Virus record (IMG/VR): IMGVR_UViG_3300006068_000011 | Coordinates: 1-24,463 of that record | DNA length: 24,463 nucleotides | Source: a virus | Taxonomy: Duplodnaviria > Caudoviricetes | Strand: one strand, 5' to 3' | Shown: positions 14,420-24,025 of the stretch, one piece after another | How the letters are laid out: the number at the start of each line of letters is the position of its first letter | Position numbering within the stretch: the stretch's first letter is position 1 | Program-made: the position numbers and the translations under genes | The notes under the pieces: generated by a model | Told to the model about the DNA's origin: nothing | The model's database searches: none | Seen by the model: only the letters and a program-made list of their open reading frames with translations

Positions 14420-17044
14420 TTACAGGTCATTTATGGCCACGCTGATGGGGACCGACCCTAATCCATTTCTTAATCCTACTATAGCGTTTATTTTCATTTG
14501 AGGGCCCCTGAGGTCAATGTCAATTGACTTAATATCGCTATATCGTTCATCAGCGATAATCATGGAATTAAACCTCTTGACTATATCTTCGACAGAAAGC
14601 TCTGACAGGTTAACCCCCGGCACTATACCCATACCATAATTCTGATCCACCAACCTACTGCCCTGCGGGCTAATAATCTTAAGTCTCAAAGATTGATATA
14701 AGTTTTTTAATCCATAAGACAATTTTATATCGCCAAAATTATCAATGGCTATATCCCCATCGTCCCCCAATGCCCAATCCACTTTAGACACACCGGAGTA
14801 TTCGTCTAATTTAGCAACTGCGGGTGGAGAGAACACGCTAATTTCGTCACTTGTGTTTTCTGTAGGAATCCATATTGTTTGTGTTGAATTGGTGGTGTGA
14901 GGCAAAAATGCATGCAATTTTGCATCGTGAACAGTTTGGAAAATGTCAAGATTGTCTAAGCCATCTACGGTTATTAAATAATCCGTATCGCTTAATTTGT
15001 CGATAGCTATTATTTTCCGTGCCTGTTTAGGGACGGTTGTGCTTTGTAAAAAAATCGTTTGTCCAACATATAAATTAGAGGCGTCAGACACGTTAAATCT
15101 TCGCCCGCTGCCGTTTGATAAAAATGGTCTAAAAAACCCCTCTTCATCAATATATGGACTGTTTAAACTGTTTAGTGTGGCTATTTCTACCCAACGAGTA
15201 TAATCATTTAGATATTTTTGAGCAATTTGTTCAATAGTTAGGCCGTATGGAACCGGCACCTTAATTGCTAAGGTTTCTTTAGTGGAACCAAATTCATATG
15301 GAGTGCCTTCAGTAAGTGCGCTCACTACCTCAAACGCTTTATTGTCGTTTTTGACTATTAACCCACTACTTTTTAGTAGGTAAAGCGAGGTAATGGCTTC
15401 ATATAAATCGGACAGCAATAGCATTTCGTCGATACTCATTGGTTGCGATCGTTCGCTAGGAGGTGCGGTTTGATAAATTTGCGAAACGGTTTCATGGCCC
15501 GCTCCAAAATAGTATGCCAACAAGCTAGCAGTGCCTTCTAGGACTTCAATCCATTCACCAACCGTATCGCTAGTTATGTCCGCCAATTTCTCTAATTCTT
15601 CTGCAAAATTGTTTAGCTCGGCTTCAGTTGCGTCGTATTCTTCTAAATCGACCCCATCCAATACTTCGTTTATTTGATGCGGACTTTCAATGTCGCCTGA
15701 GCCTTCTTCTTCCTGATTGGTATCGTTTTCTTCCGTTACTTCATTCGTATTTGCGCTGCTACCTTTTTCTGCCAGATTTGTTAGTCCAAATTGCGAAAGC
15801 AATGATAAAAAGGCGCTTTGTGCGCCACCTTTGCTAAACAAATTTTCATATTTTTTTAACACATTATTTAGTTCGGGTATGTCGTTTTTGTTGATAAAAT
15901 TTATGACATTTTCTACACTTGCATATATATCTGCCACGGTAAAGGGAAGTGACAAAGCGCCTTTTACAATAACGATAGCCTGTCTTAGGGCCTCAAAAGG
16001 CGCTAAAACATCAGTCCTTACCGCCTTAACTACGTCATATGCTAAGCTAAGCGTCATTCTGGCCCGATTAAGACTTACAAATATTTTTTGCAGATCATTT
16101 AGCTCTCTTTGCGTTATTTTGTTCAGCGGGTTTGTGACGCTTTTTGATTTTAGCGCTATTCTTTTGTATGCCTTTAATTGTAAGTTAAAACGGTATTCTA
16201 AAGGACTTTCGACGCTTTGATTGTAGGTATATTGAACAGGCGTTACGAGGTAGGCATATCCAAATTTTGGCAGATGAAGCGCTAACTTAAGTTTTTTGTA
16301 TTCTCCGGACTTAGATTTTTTGATAGCATAATCTTCTAAGAACCGGTCAAGGGACAGAGCGTATTGATAACCAGTTCCTTTATCCTTAACCGGTGTATTA
16401 TTCGGATTGCTTTGTCCTGTCGATTTACTACCCAACCCAAATGGTAAACTCTGTGTAAATTTGTTAAATTGACTTATTAGTTCTTTAGATCTATTTAATG
16501 TATTGCTAAAAAGCGATGATAGTAGTCCAAACGCACTGTTGTTTGCAGCCTCGCTTTTTGCCTTATCAGAATATCCTTTTCGTGCTGGGTTAATACCAAA
16601 GGTCCCAGCAAGCTGTATCATCTTAAAATACACACCGGCATGTTCCTCTACGACGCCATTACTAGAAGCTAAAGATTCTATGGCGTATGGGGTTGTGATA
16701 TTCATTAGTTGAGGGGTTATCGGAAACTCAAAAACAGATTTGTTGTCTCCGCTACCAAAAGAGGCGCGGTACAAATAGGGATATTCGGTTTTTGTAAACT
16801 GGACCTCTGCCCCCTTGTTTTCCTGGTCGTATAAAGAATACGATCCATCATCATTTTCTTTTACATACACTAATTGATAGGAAGTAGCTATACGCGCTTT
16901 GCTTTCTTGTGGTGATTGAGGTACGGCATCAAAAGAATGTTTTTTTTGAGGGCTAAAAACCTTATTTTTATTGTCATTCTTTTGAATAAGTTGACTTTTT
17001 GCGGCGTTAACGGATTTGTTGATTAGATCCTTACCTATCGGCAT
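14420..17044 (-). CDS. Baseplate fusion protein: tube-initiator-like N-terminus, LysM-like domain and gp25/gpW-like C-terminus
   Basis: N-terminal FEFPITPQ...GVVEEH...IQLAGTFG...SVESPLEYRFNLQLKA. LysM-like YGLTIEQIAQKYLNDYTRWVEIATLNSLNSPYI. C-terminal DGDIA..FGDIKL..GLKNLYQSLRLKI.SPQGS..VDQNYG...IIADERY, typical of gp25-like sheath initiators. Confidence 0.8.
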   Translation of the reverse strand: MPIGKDLINKSVNAAKSQLIQKNDNKNKVFSPQKKHSFDAVPQSPQESKARIATSYQLVYVKENDDGSYSLYDQENKGAEVQFTKTEYPYLYRASFGSGDNKSVFEFPITPQLMNITTPYAIESLASSNGVVEEHAGVYFKMIQLAGTFGINPARKGYSDKAKSEAANNSAFGLLSSLFSNTLNRSKELISQFNKFTQSLPFGLGSKSTGQSNPNNTPVKDKGTGYQYALSLDRFLEDYAIKKSKSGEYKKLKLALHLPKFGYAYLVTPVQYTYNQSVESPLEYRFNLQLKAYKRIALKSKSVTNPLNKITQRELNDLQKIFVSLNRARMTLSLAYDVVKAVRTDVLAPFEALRQAIVIVKGALSLPFTVADIYASVENVINFINKNDIPELNNVLKKYENLFSKGGAQSAFLSLLSQFGLTNLAEKGSSANTNEVTEENDTNQEEEGSGDIESPHQINEVLDGVDLEEYDATEAELNNFAEELEKLADITSDTVGEWIEVLEGTASLLAYYFGAGHETVSQIYQTAPPSERSQPMSIDEMLLLSDLYEAITSLYLLKSSGLIVKNDNKAFEVVSALTEGTPYEFGSTKETLAIKVPVPYGLTIEQIAQKYLNDYTRWVEIATLNSLNSPYIDEEGFFRPFLSNGSGRRFNVSDASNLYVGQTIFLQSTTVPKQARKIIAIDKLSDTDYLITVDGLDNLDIFQTVHDAKLHAFLPHTTNSTQTIWIPTENTSDEISVFSPPAVAKLDEYSGVSKVDWALGDDGDIAIDNFGDIKLSYGLKNLYQSLRLKIISPQGSRLVDQNYGMGIVPGVNLSELSVEDIVKRFNSMIIADERYSDIKSIDIDLRGPQMKINAIVGLRNGLGSVPISVAINDL

Positions 17045-17050
17045 GATACA

Positions 17051-17076
17051 CCCCTATATTGTAAAGATTATAGGGG
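17051..17076 (-). promoter_or_regulatory. ATAATCTT motif (17064-17071) embedded in a hairpin that sequesters the SD
   Basis: Minus strand reads CCCCTATA-ATCTTTACAA-TATAGGGG-TGTATC-ATG, a perfect 8-bp stem whose 3' arm contains the SD. Confidence 0.65.
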
Positions 17077-17079
17077 AAA

Positions 17080-18399
17080 CTAAATAACCTTGTATATTCT
17101 AGCCATCTCTGCCGGCAAATATGTGGGTGGTATATCAATACTTAATCTTAACCGGCTATTTGGCTCAATTGCAGTTATTTTGGCAAATAATTCGTCTTGT
17201 GAATTTGATACTAGATATACACTGTCCCCTACCGAAAATCCACTTGAATCTTTAACAACCACAGCGTTGGTGCCGTTTGATGGGGCGGTTAATGGGCTAA
17301 CTCTTAATAATGTAGAGTAGGTATTTTTGTTGTTTAGCGCGGCTGAAATCAGTCCGTCCTGTGCGCTTAAGGCGGTATCGGCTCCTTTTACCTTAAAAAG
17401 ACTGCCGCCTAGCCTGTTTAACCTCAATAACAAAAATTGATACCTTTTTCCGTAAAAACCAGTAGAAGAGGTTAGCTCGCCCGTATTTATGTCCTGGGTT
17501 AAGTTACCCAGATATCCGTTGATTTGACTAACCCTAGTTGCGCTTAAAAAGGTAAGACGGTTGTTAAGGGCGTTTTGTAAGGCAGTTAAAGGACCTGATT
17601 GTAGTTTTGTGTTGCCTAAAAGAGCTGGGTTATATGAGTTAAACCCAGCACATGTCGTTTGCCCGTGTGACGTGTTAAAGTTTGGATAGGACATCCAGGT
17701 ATTGAGCTGTGCCAAGAAATTGTTAGCATCCGCTACCGCTGCAGATGCTTGCGCTGCCCTAGTCGGGTCTGTATCGCCCGTGTGTATAGCAGGTATAGTA
17801 GCGTTGACATAAGACTGTAAGTGCGTGATTTTACTAACTAAATCAGAAAGATAGGTATGCATTGTGGGGTATGTCACAATGTTTTCTACAGGACCTGGCA
17901 AAACAACGCAGTGCTGTCCAGTTACACGCTTAATAAGCGTTTCTGAGGTTATACCAGAAATAACCGAAAGGGCTTCGTTTATTTTGGGTATTTCTGCGTT
18001 TGTATCAGTTGCTGGATATGTTTCTAACAGCTGCTTTCCTATCAACACGTTTAAGGCAAATGGCTTTGTATGTATCCACACTTTTTTAGGCAAAATAGAC
18101 GGAGGTGTGTTGTTTTGGTCATTAGGGAAAAGCAGATTTCCTGTGTTTAAAGATGCTGCGTCTTGTATAATTGACTCGGTTAGACTTGTCCTAAAAATTC
18201 CTGTATATCTACCTAATTCGTTGTGGTAGATATCTATTAGGGCATTGACAGGATCCATTAAGGATTTATTAGCATTATCCACAACAACGTCCTGTTGTTT
18301 TTGCTGTATAATAGATTCTTTAGATTTTTGAATAGCGGCTATTTCAAGGTCCGCCATAATGATTTTTTGCGAAAAAAGGATTCTTTCTGCTTTTTGCAT
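17080..18399 (-). CDS. Putative virion structural (baseplate-associated) protein
   Basis: 439-aa ORF inside the baseplate operon. It has a helical body and a C-terminal beta module (VVVKDSSGFSVGDSVYL) similar to one in the adjacent 874-aa protein. Confidence 0.7.
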   Translation of the reverse strand: MQKAERILFSQKIIMADLEIAAIQKSKESIIQQKQQDVVVDNANKSLMDPVNALIDIYHNELGRYTGIFRTSLTESIIQDAASLNTGNLLFPNDQNNTPPSILPKKVWIHTKPFALNVLIGKQLLETYPATDTNAEIPKINEALSVISGITSETLIKRVTGQHCVVLPGPVENIVTYPTMHTYLSDLVSKITHLQSYVNATIPAIHTGDTDPTRAAQASAAVADANNFLAQLNTWMSYPNFNTSHGQTTCAGFNSYNPALLGNTKLQSGPLTALQNALNNRLTFLSATRVSQINGYLGNLTQDINTGELTSSTGFYGKRYQFLLLRLNRLGGSLFKVKGADTALSAQDGLISAALNNKNTYSTLLRVSPLTAPSNGTNAVVVKDSSGFSVGDSVYLVSNSQDELFAKITAIEPNSRLRLSIDIPPTYLPAEMARIYKVI

Positions 18400-18400
18400 A

Positions 18401-18724
18401 TCAATGATATTTCCAGGGAACTAAATAAAACTGAAAAAGCTCTTTCACGGTTTCGCCAATAACCTCTTCTTTGTATCCCATAATTTCTAGTCTTTTGACG
18501 GTAGACGGAATTTTTTGTGCATATTCTGTAATATAAGCCTCTCCCTCTAGTTTATCTACCCACGGCTTGATTTCGTCAGGAGCCTGCATTCGTCCTCCCA
18601 AAACAAGATAATACTTACCTTCTTCCCACTTTATCAGGTCATCAAGGTCTTTTTGAGAACGTATCACCGCGATATCTTTTGTTTTCATATGTATCATTTT
18701 ATTCCATTTTTGCGCTTTTGTCAA
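18401..18724 (-). CDS. Hypothetical protein
   Basis: Fills the gap between the spike gene and the 439-aa gene with 1-nt spacers on both sides. The start codon is uncertain (TTG at 18724 or a downstream ATG). Confidence 0.65.
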   Translation of the reverse strand: MTKAQKWNKMIHMKTKDIAVIRSQKDLDDLIKWEEGKYYLVLGGRMQAPDEIKPWVDKLEGEAYITEYAQKIPSTVKRLEIMGYKEEVIGETVKELFQFYLVPWKYH

Positions 18725-18725
18725 G

Positions 18726-19775
18726 TTACGTAATAAAAACCTTAGGAGAAAACGGACCTATAGCTTGACTCATGACAGGTGCGCCCTGGTTTCCAGTACC
18801 AACAAACATGGTTTGCTGGGTGACCGCAGGAGACCCTCCTTGTCCACCTAGATATACCATACCATCAAGCACTATTTGAGAACCTTTAATGTTAACGGCA
18901 CTATCACCTTTTATTTCTATTTTGGATCCGCCAATTTCAACCCCGCTTTCTCCTTTCATGCTAATCTTTTGGGCTTTTAACGAAGAATTTCCGCTAGCTT
19001 CTAGTATAAGATCTTGCTTTGCCTTTTGGGTAATCGCCTTTTCGGCATTTATTGTTAAAGCGTCTTTTGTGTTGTAAGTTATTGATTTTTCTGTATTTAT
19101 TTCTGTTTTTTCTTTATTTTTTAGGCTGAATGTTCCATTTTTGGCAATTATCAATTCGGCGTTTTTATGCTTAAGTGTAAAACCACCCTCGGCGTCTATC
19201 GCGAGAATGGTATCCCCTAAGTCTTTGTTTTCTGGCGATCCATCATTCTTGGTTTTGCCTATAAATTTTGCTTCCAAACTGCCATCGTCTTTAATATGAA
19301 AGCTAATGCCGTTAAAACTAAACAGCAACTCGTGCTTATTTGCCTCATGTTTTAATTTTCTGTCGGGATGCCCCAAAGAACCAACGATAACCCCACGATT
19401 TGACATACCGTCAATGAACAATACCAGCACAACAGCTCCATCTTGTTCTGCAGACGATATACCGGCCGTCTTTTTTTGATTTTTCACTTCTTTTTGAGCT
19501 CTATACGAACAAAAGGCAAAATCGGCTAACGAACCAAAACTTTCTGCGGCTACTAGGTTTTTGTACAACACAGGCGTCATTCCACCATGGATGTTTTGTT
19601 CTAGCACAACCACGTCATATTCTATAAACTTTTTGGATACACTTTCTTTTTGGTTGGGATAAATTATTTTTTTAACAATCCCTATTCGAAGTTTGTTGTT
19701 TTCGTTTATACGCTCTATTTGATCGAGGGATTTTTCCTGAGGCATTAAAAAGCTAGGCAAAACAGTGTTGCTCAT
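18726..19775 (-). CDS. Baseplate central spike protein (P2 gpV / T4 gp5 / VgrG C-terminal-like)
   Basis: N-terminal OB-fold-like region (LRIGIVKKI...YDVVV...GAVVLVLFIDGMSNRGVIVGSLGHP) followed by roughly 8-residue beta-helix repeats (LTINAEKAITQKAKQDLILEASG...IEIKGDSAVNIKGSQIVLDG). Directly follows the hub gene. Confidence 0.8.
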   Translation of the reverse strand: MSNTVLPSFLMPQEKSLDQIERINENNKLRIGIVKKIIYPNQKESVSKKFIEYDVVVLEQNIHGGMTPVLYKNLVAAESFGSLADFAFCSYRAQKEVKNQKKTAGISSAEQDGAVVLVLFIDGMSNRGVIVGSLGHPDRKLKHEANKHELLFSFNGISFHIKDDGSLEAKFIGKTKNDGSPENKDLGDTILAIDAEGGFTLKHKNAELIIAKNGTFSLKNKEKTEINTEKSITYNTKDALTINAEKAITQKAKQDLILEASGNSSLKAQKISMKGESGVEIGGSKIEIKGDSAVNIKGSQIVLDGMVYLGGQGGSPAVTQQTMFVGTGNQGAPVMSQAIGPFSPKVFIT

Positions 19776-21508
19776 TATTTACCCCTAATTTTGTTTTTTA
19801 TACGATCTAACCCGCCTTCTTCTGTCATTTGTTTGGACATTTCAGATACCGTGTCGTTATTTATATCTATTGGATTAAAGTTTACGGCCGGCAAAGTCGG
19901 CGATATTTGCTTTTCTTTTTCTATAGTGGTGTTTCTTAAACGTGAAAATTTTACACCCGAACCGCTCGCATCTGCCTTAACTCCATACGACAAACCAAGG
20001 GTAGTCATAAAACTTGTGTTGCCATTTCCGGGATTAACACTAAAAGAATGCCTTACGGACTCAATATGAAAAAGAGTGTCATTTAACATAAAGTTGTCGC
20101 CTATAGTTATTGCCTCTTGAACACCTAGCATTTGAACGGTTCCGTTTAGTTTTAAATGTCCGTTTAGCATCACATCGGCCAGTATTTCTGTAAATGTTTT
20201 GGCGTATAGTTCTTTTTTTTCTTTCAAAATATCATCATGCCGCGTCACAATAATCGCGGACCTTAGACCGTGCCGCTGAATATCGTGCACATCCGATTTG
20301 AAGTTTTTGCTGGCCACTTGATAGTTCATATGCATTGTGTTTACTTCTGGCGGCGCTGCTGGGGCGCTAGAAAACACGCTGACGTAGTTAATATGGTGAC
20401 TATCATCCCTTCCTATATTATATGACATAATTAGAGAGTCGTGTACGGACCAGACAGGAAGCTCGTGGAAATATGTTACGGGTGTTTTTATTTTGATTTT
20501 TGCCGAGCTATAAGGTATTTGTCGGTAGAACACCCACGGCATAATAACGCCGTTATTATCTTTTCTAAAACTTGCAAACAATTCATCGACAGGGGCGTTT
20601 TCAAATCCTTTCAAAATACTCCATATTGGCACCTGATCCCAAAACTGTGGCAAATACACCGTAACGGATAAATTTGGGGCCTTTATTTTGGGTTCATAGC
20701 TATCATAGCCGTGCACGCCTGTTTTGAGCAAATAAAGGTCTTTTAATTGACCATTTGCTGCCGTTTTAACTCCCATTAAAGACAATAATGTAGGTGGGGC
20801 GACAAAAACCGTGTTTGGAGTGTCTGGTAGCTTTTTGTCGGTTTTATACGGCCCTCCTCTACCTAAAAAAGAAGACCATAAAAACTGAATAATAAAGTCG
20901 TTTTTCTGCCCATCTAATTTGGTCTGGGACAATAGGTCCGAAAACGTTTGTGCAAAACGCGACATATAGACTATAACATCATTTTTTTCATTTTCAAACA
21001 CCAAAAACGGGTTGTAGTAGATAACGCTGTTAAGCTCTTTAAAAGCATAACCACTAATGCTATATGTTAAAAGTTTAGCCCCGGTTTCGTGCATTATTTG
21101 ATAGTTTTGCCTTACCGACTCAATTTTAAAGACCCCCTTAAATCCATATTTTTCTAGATTTATAGGCTTAAGATCTAAAACATCTTTTTCTATCAAATTC
21201 AGTACGGATTTGTCGTTTACAATATGTATTAGGCAATAATCGCCGGGAAGTACGGTAGATAATATATGCTCTTGTGTTGGCAAAAGCACTGCCTCAAATG
21301 GATGAAACGGCGATGATTTTGAGTAGGATACGTTTAGGGAAATAATTCCGCTTTTGATAAATGTAATGCCAGACTTATTTCGCTCGTCAATTGTGACGCC
21401 ATCGTTCATTGAGGTAGATACGCGCACAATAGTTAAGGCCGCTCCGGGATTTTTTGATTGAATATAAAAATTGCCGTTTTCAGGGCCTATTCGCTGCGTC
21501 CTACTCAT
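19775..21508 (-). CDS. Baseplate hub protein (T4 gp27 / Mu gp44 / P2 gpD-like)
   Basis: Lies between tape measure and spike, with TAATG coupling. C-terminal DIQRHGLR...LNGTVQMLG..AITIGDN....LFHIESVRHSF.....FMTTLGLSYG is a typical hub signature. Confidence 0.8.
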   Translation of the reverse strand: MSRTQRIGPENGNFYIQSKNPGAALTIVRVSTSMNDGVTIDERNKSGITFIKSGIISLNVSYSKSSPFHPFEAVLLPTQEHILSTVLPGDYCLIHIVNDKSVLNLIEKDVLDLKPINLEKYGFKGVFKIESVRQNYQIMHETGAKLLTYSISGYAFKELNSVIYYNPFLVFENEKNDVIVYMSRFAQTFSDLLSQTKLDGQKNDFIIQFLWSSFLGRGGPYKTDKKLPDTPNTVFVAPPTLLSLMGVKTAANGQLKDLYLLKTGVHGYDSYEPKIKAPNLSVTVYLPQFWDQVPIWSILKGFENAPVDELFASFRKDNNGVIMPWVFYRQIPYSSAKIKIKTPVTYFHELPVWSVHDSLIMSYNIGRDDSHHINYVSVFSSAPAAPPEVNTMHMNYQVASKNFKSDVHDIQRHGLRSAIIVTRHDDILKEKKELYAKTFTEILADVMLNGHLKLNGTVQMLGVQEAITIGDNFMLNDTLFHIESVRHSFSVNPGNGNTSFMTTLGLSYGVKADASGSGVKFSRLRNTTIEKEKQISPTLPAVNFNPIDINNDTVSEMSKQMTEEGGLDRIKNKIRGK

Positions 21509-21516
21509 ATATTTAC

Positions 21517-23982
21517 CTATTTAGTCCTTGGTGTTAAATTCAGAGGACTACCAGTCATGTTTGGGGTCACCATACTGCCAAGGTCGGGAGTGAACACGCC
21601 GGTGTTAGTTCGTCTTTCCCCAGCCTCTTTTCTGGCCTCTTCGATTCTTAATATCGCACTCTCTATAGCCTTAGAGAATTTATCAACCGTGTCGGCCGAT
21701 GCTTTTAGACTTTCGCCAAACCTATCAAAATTGCTTTTCATCACCTCAGACATTTTAGCTTGAGTTGCTAAAATAGTATCGCCACCGGTAGGCATACCTT
21801 TTGTCTTGTCCGCATCCAATGCCGACTGTACCATATCTTTTTTCTGCTCTTCCGTCGGCATAATTGTTGTTTTTTTGCGATATTCTGGGTCCTGCATTCT
21901 CTTAAGCTCTCGCACATATTGGTATGTAGACTGGCTATCCTTGAGGGCTTCTATAGCACCTCGATCCCCAATGGCAATACCGCCAGCCATTATAGTAGAA
22001 AGGTATTGTTTTTGCTTTCGGAACTCTTCATCACTCATGCCTTTAGGGCGTTTTCCTAATATGATTTCTGGATTTATATTTTTTATTGCCGTATCGACCG
22101 CACTAAATCCAGTATATTGCTTTCTTTTAGATTCTATAAGCCGCTCTTTTTGTTCCGGAGTCAAATACATGTCGGCTTTACCGGCCTCTAATTCTTCAAT
22201 GGTAAACCTATCGACAATGCTTAGGGTTTGAAAGCCTAAATTTTTAAGAACTGGATCCTTCATATATCCAGCTAGTCGCAACACTTGGCTAGCACCACCA
22301 GCTACCGTTTGTTGCTGCATCCCAGTGTTTACATTTGCAGCCGTATCAATACTGCGTTTAGTAATTTGGCCTTCAATGGCAGCCATATCTGACAGCCGGT
22401 TAGATACTGCCTGAATTGCCTCTGGCGTATATGCCCCCACTCGGTTAATCATTTGAGACAACACCTCGCTGTACCTATTAAACTCTTGTCGGTATTCGGA
22501 CTTATCTAGTCCCATTTTGAAAGCGCTAGCTAAAAACTCTTTCATTGCATTTTCTGTTTTGCTAAAATCGCCTCCCATCATGTACGACAAGTTCCCATAT
22601 ACTTGGGATGCATTTAGCATACCTACGTTTCTTTGTAGTAAATTGGCGTTTAGAGCAAACAGCCTTGAGCCTTGTGTAGAACCGCCATATTGTGCAATTT
22701 CCATCATTGCTTGCCTGTTTTGTGAGTCTAAAAATCCACGCTGATTAGCTCCTCGCAAATAATTCATCATGTCTGAGTCGGCTATTCCAAGAGCTCTTTG
22801 AACGGGTAGGTTTTCTAATTGGTACTGCTGATACTGTTGTATAGTGTATTGATAAAAAGGGTCCGATGCTTTTAGCGCCTCATATGCGGATTGCCTTTTT
22901 TGCATTTCTTCGGCTCTTTTTTGCGCATCGTAAACCTCGCCGTATGTTCCTATGCCTAAAGGGCCTAAAATTTTTTGTCTATTGTATAGAGCAGCGCCAC
23001 TCGCCCCTAAAATACCGCCAAAAACTGCACCGGGAAGATTTCCTACCAATCCACCAGAAGCAATACCGCCACCAAGCCCTAATAATATGCCGCCAACGCC
23101 AGACATCAGGTCAGTAAAACGGCTAGACTCTACCTCTTTTTGCGCCATTCTACTCGCTCTTTCCAAAATACCCATGTTTAGCATTTCTTGATAGGCATTA
23201 CCTGATAAAGCCGATAATGCAGGTGTTGCTTGGGCAGTTCTGGCAGTTCCTATTGCAGATACTATTTCTCTAGGGGCTTGTTCAAAATCCTGTTTAATTT
23301 GCGCTCCGGTGATTAGGGAAGTCCCAGCAAACCCAGCAAGCCCGCCAAAAAACGAAGCGGGATTGTATCGCATCATATCGTAAAGTCCGCCGCCTATTCC
23401 GCCCAAAAAACCGCCAAATCCCCCTAAGCGACCACCGCCACCGGCCATAGCGGCCTGTGCAGATTCTATGCCTCTTCCTAATAACGTACTCCAAGAGGCA
23501 CCCCTACCATACCCAGCCCTACGAGAAGCGCTCTGCAGACCGATAATTTCCGCTTCTTTTTGGGCCAAACGTTCTTGTTCTCTGGCTATTGAACGAGTGG
23601 TTTTTAGGTATTCTTCGCTGGATTCGTTTAGTTTCTTTTTGAGTTCTACTAAAGATAGTAAGCTTTTTCTAATAGATTCAAGTTCTTTTAGCTCCTCTTT
23701 AATAGAAGAAACTATTTTGGTTCTCTGTTCTAGCTCTTCTTTAATGATTTGCCGGTTTGTTTTGTCCGCCCCATAAGAAGCTGATTCTCTACCAAAAAAT
23801 GGATCTCTAAATAATGGGACAGTTTGTCCCAAAGAACGCACAGCCTGCATCCCTTGAATATCCATTCTTCCGGCAAAACGATTCTGTAAATAGTTGAGAT
23901 CATTAGTCATTTTGCGAATAGCTTCATCAAATTGTTTCGTGTCTATTAAAGTGGTGAAGCGTATTGATTTGTTATTATCCAT
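21517..23982 (-). CDS. Tail tape measure protein
   Basis: About 821 aa, helical and coiled-coil with Gly/Ala-rich hydrophobic stretches, immediately upstream of the hub. Start moved to the ATG at 23982 (MDNNKSIRF) after a GGAG SD. Confidence 0.8.
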   Translation of the reverse strand: MDNNKSIRFTTLIDTKQFDEAIRKMTNDLNYLQNRFAGRMDIQGMQAVRSLGQTVPLFRDPFFGRESASYGADKTNRQIIKEELEQRTKIVSSIKEELKELESIRKSLLSLVELKKKLNESSEEYLKTTRSIAREQERLAQKEAEIIGLQSASRRAGYGRGASWSTLLGRGIESAQAAMAGGGGRLGGFGGFLGGIGGGLYDMMRYNPASFFGGLAGFAGTSLITGAQIKQDFEQAPREIVSAIGTARTAQATPALSALSGNAYQEMLNMGILERASRMAQKEVESSRFTDLMSGVGGILLGLGGGIASGGLVGNLPGAVFGGILGASGAALYNRQKILGPLGIGTYGEVYDAQKRAEEMQKRQSAYEALKASDPFYQYTIQQYQQYQLENLPVQRALGIADSDMMNYLRGANQRGFLDSQNRQAMMEIAQYGGSTQGSRLFALNANLLQRNVGMLNASQVYGNLSYMMGGDFSKTENAMKEFLASAFKMGLDKSEYRQEFNRYSEVLSQMINRVGAYTPEAIQAVSNRLSDMAAIEGQITKRSIDTAANVNTGMQQQTVAGGASQVLRLAGYMKDPVLKNLGFQTLSIVDRFTIEELEAGKADMYLTPEQKERLIESKRKQYTGFSAVDTAIKNINPEIILGKRPKGMSDEEFRKQKQYLSTIMAGGIAIGDRGAIEALKDSQSTYQYVRELKRMQDPEYRKKTTIMPTEEQKKDMVQSALDADKTKGMPTGGDTILATQAKMSEVMKSNFDRFGESLKASADTVDKFSKAIESAILRIEEARKEAGERRTNTGVFTPDLGSMVTPNMTGSPLNLTPRTK

Positions 23983-24025
23983 GATAGTCTCCAAAAAACC
24001 ATATATCGCTATACGGCCTAGCCAA

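Noticed and set aside
6734-23776. Numerous plus-strand ORFs of 60-170 aa antisense to the tail genes, plus the nested minus-strand ORF 23294-23494
   Set aside because: They are shadow ORFs of long, motif-supported minus-strand genes, with no SDs or recognisable motifs.
5748-23982. Extracellular contractile injection system, tailocin or T6SS rather than phage
   Set aside because: A MuF-type head morphogenesis gene and a polyvalent-protein remnant in the same orientation (the latter preceded by the same upstream motif as the tail genes) point to a capsid-bearing phage. No T6SS membrane complex or eCIS ATPase gene is seen.
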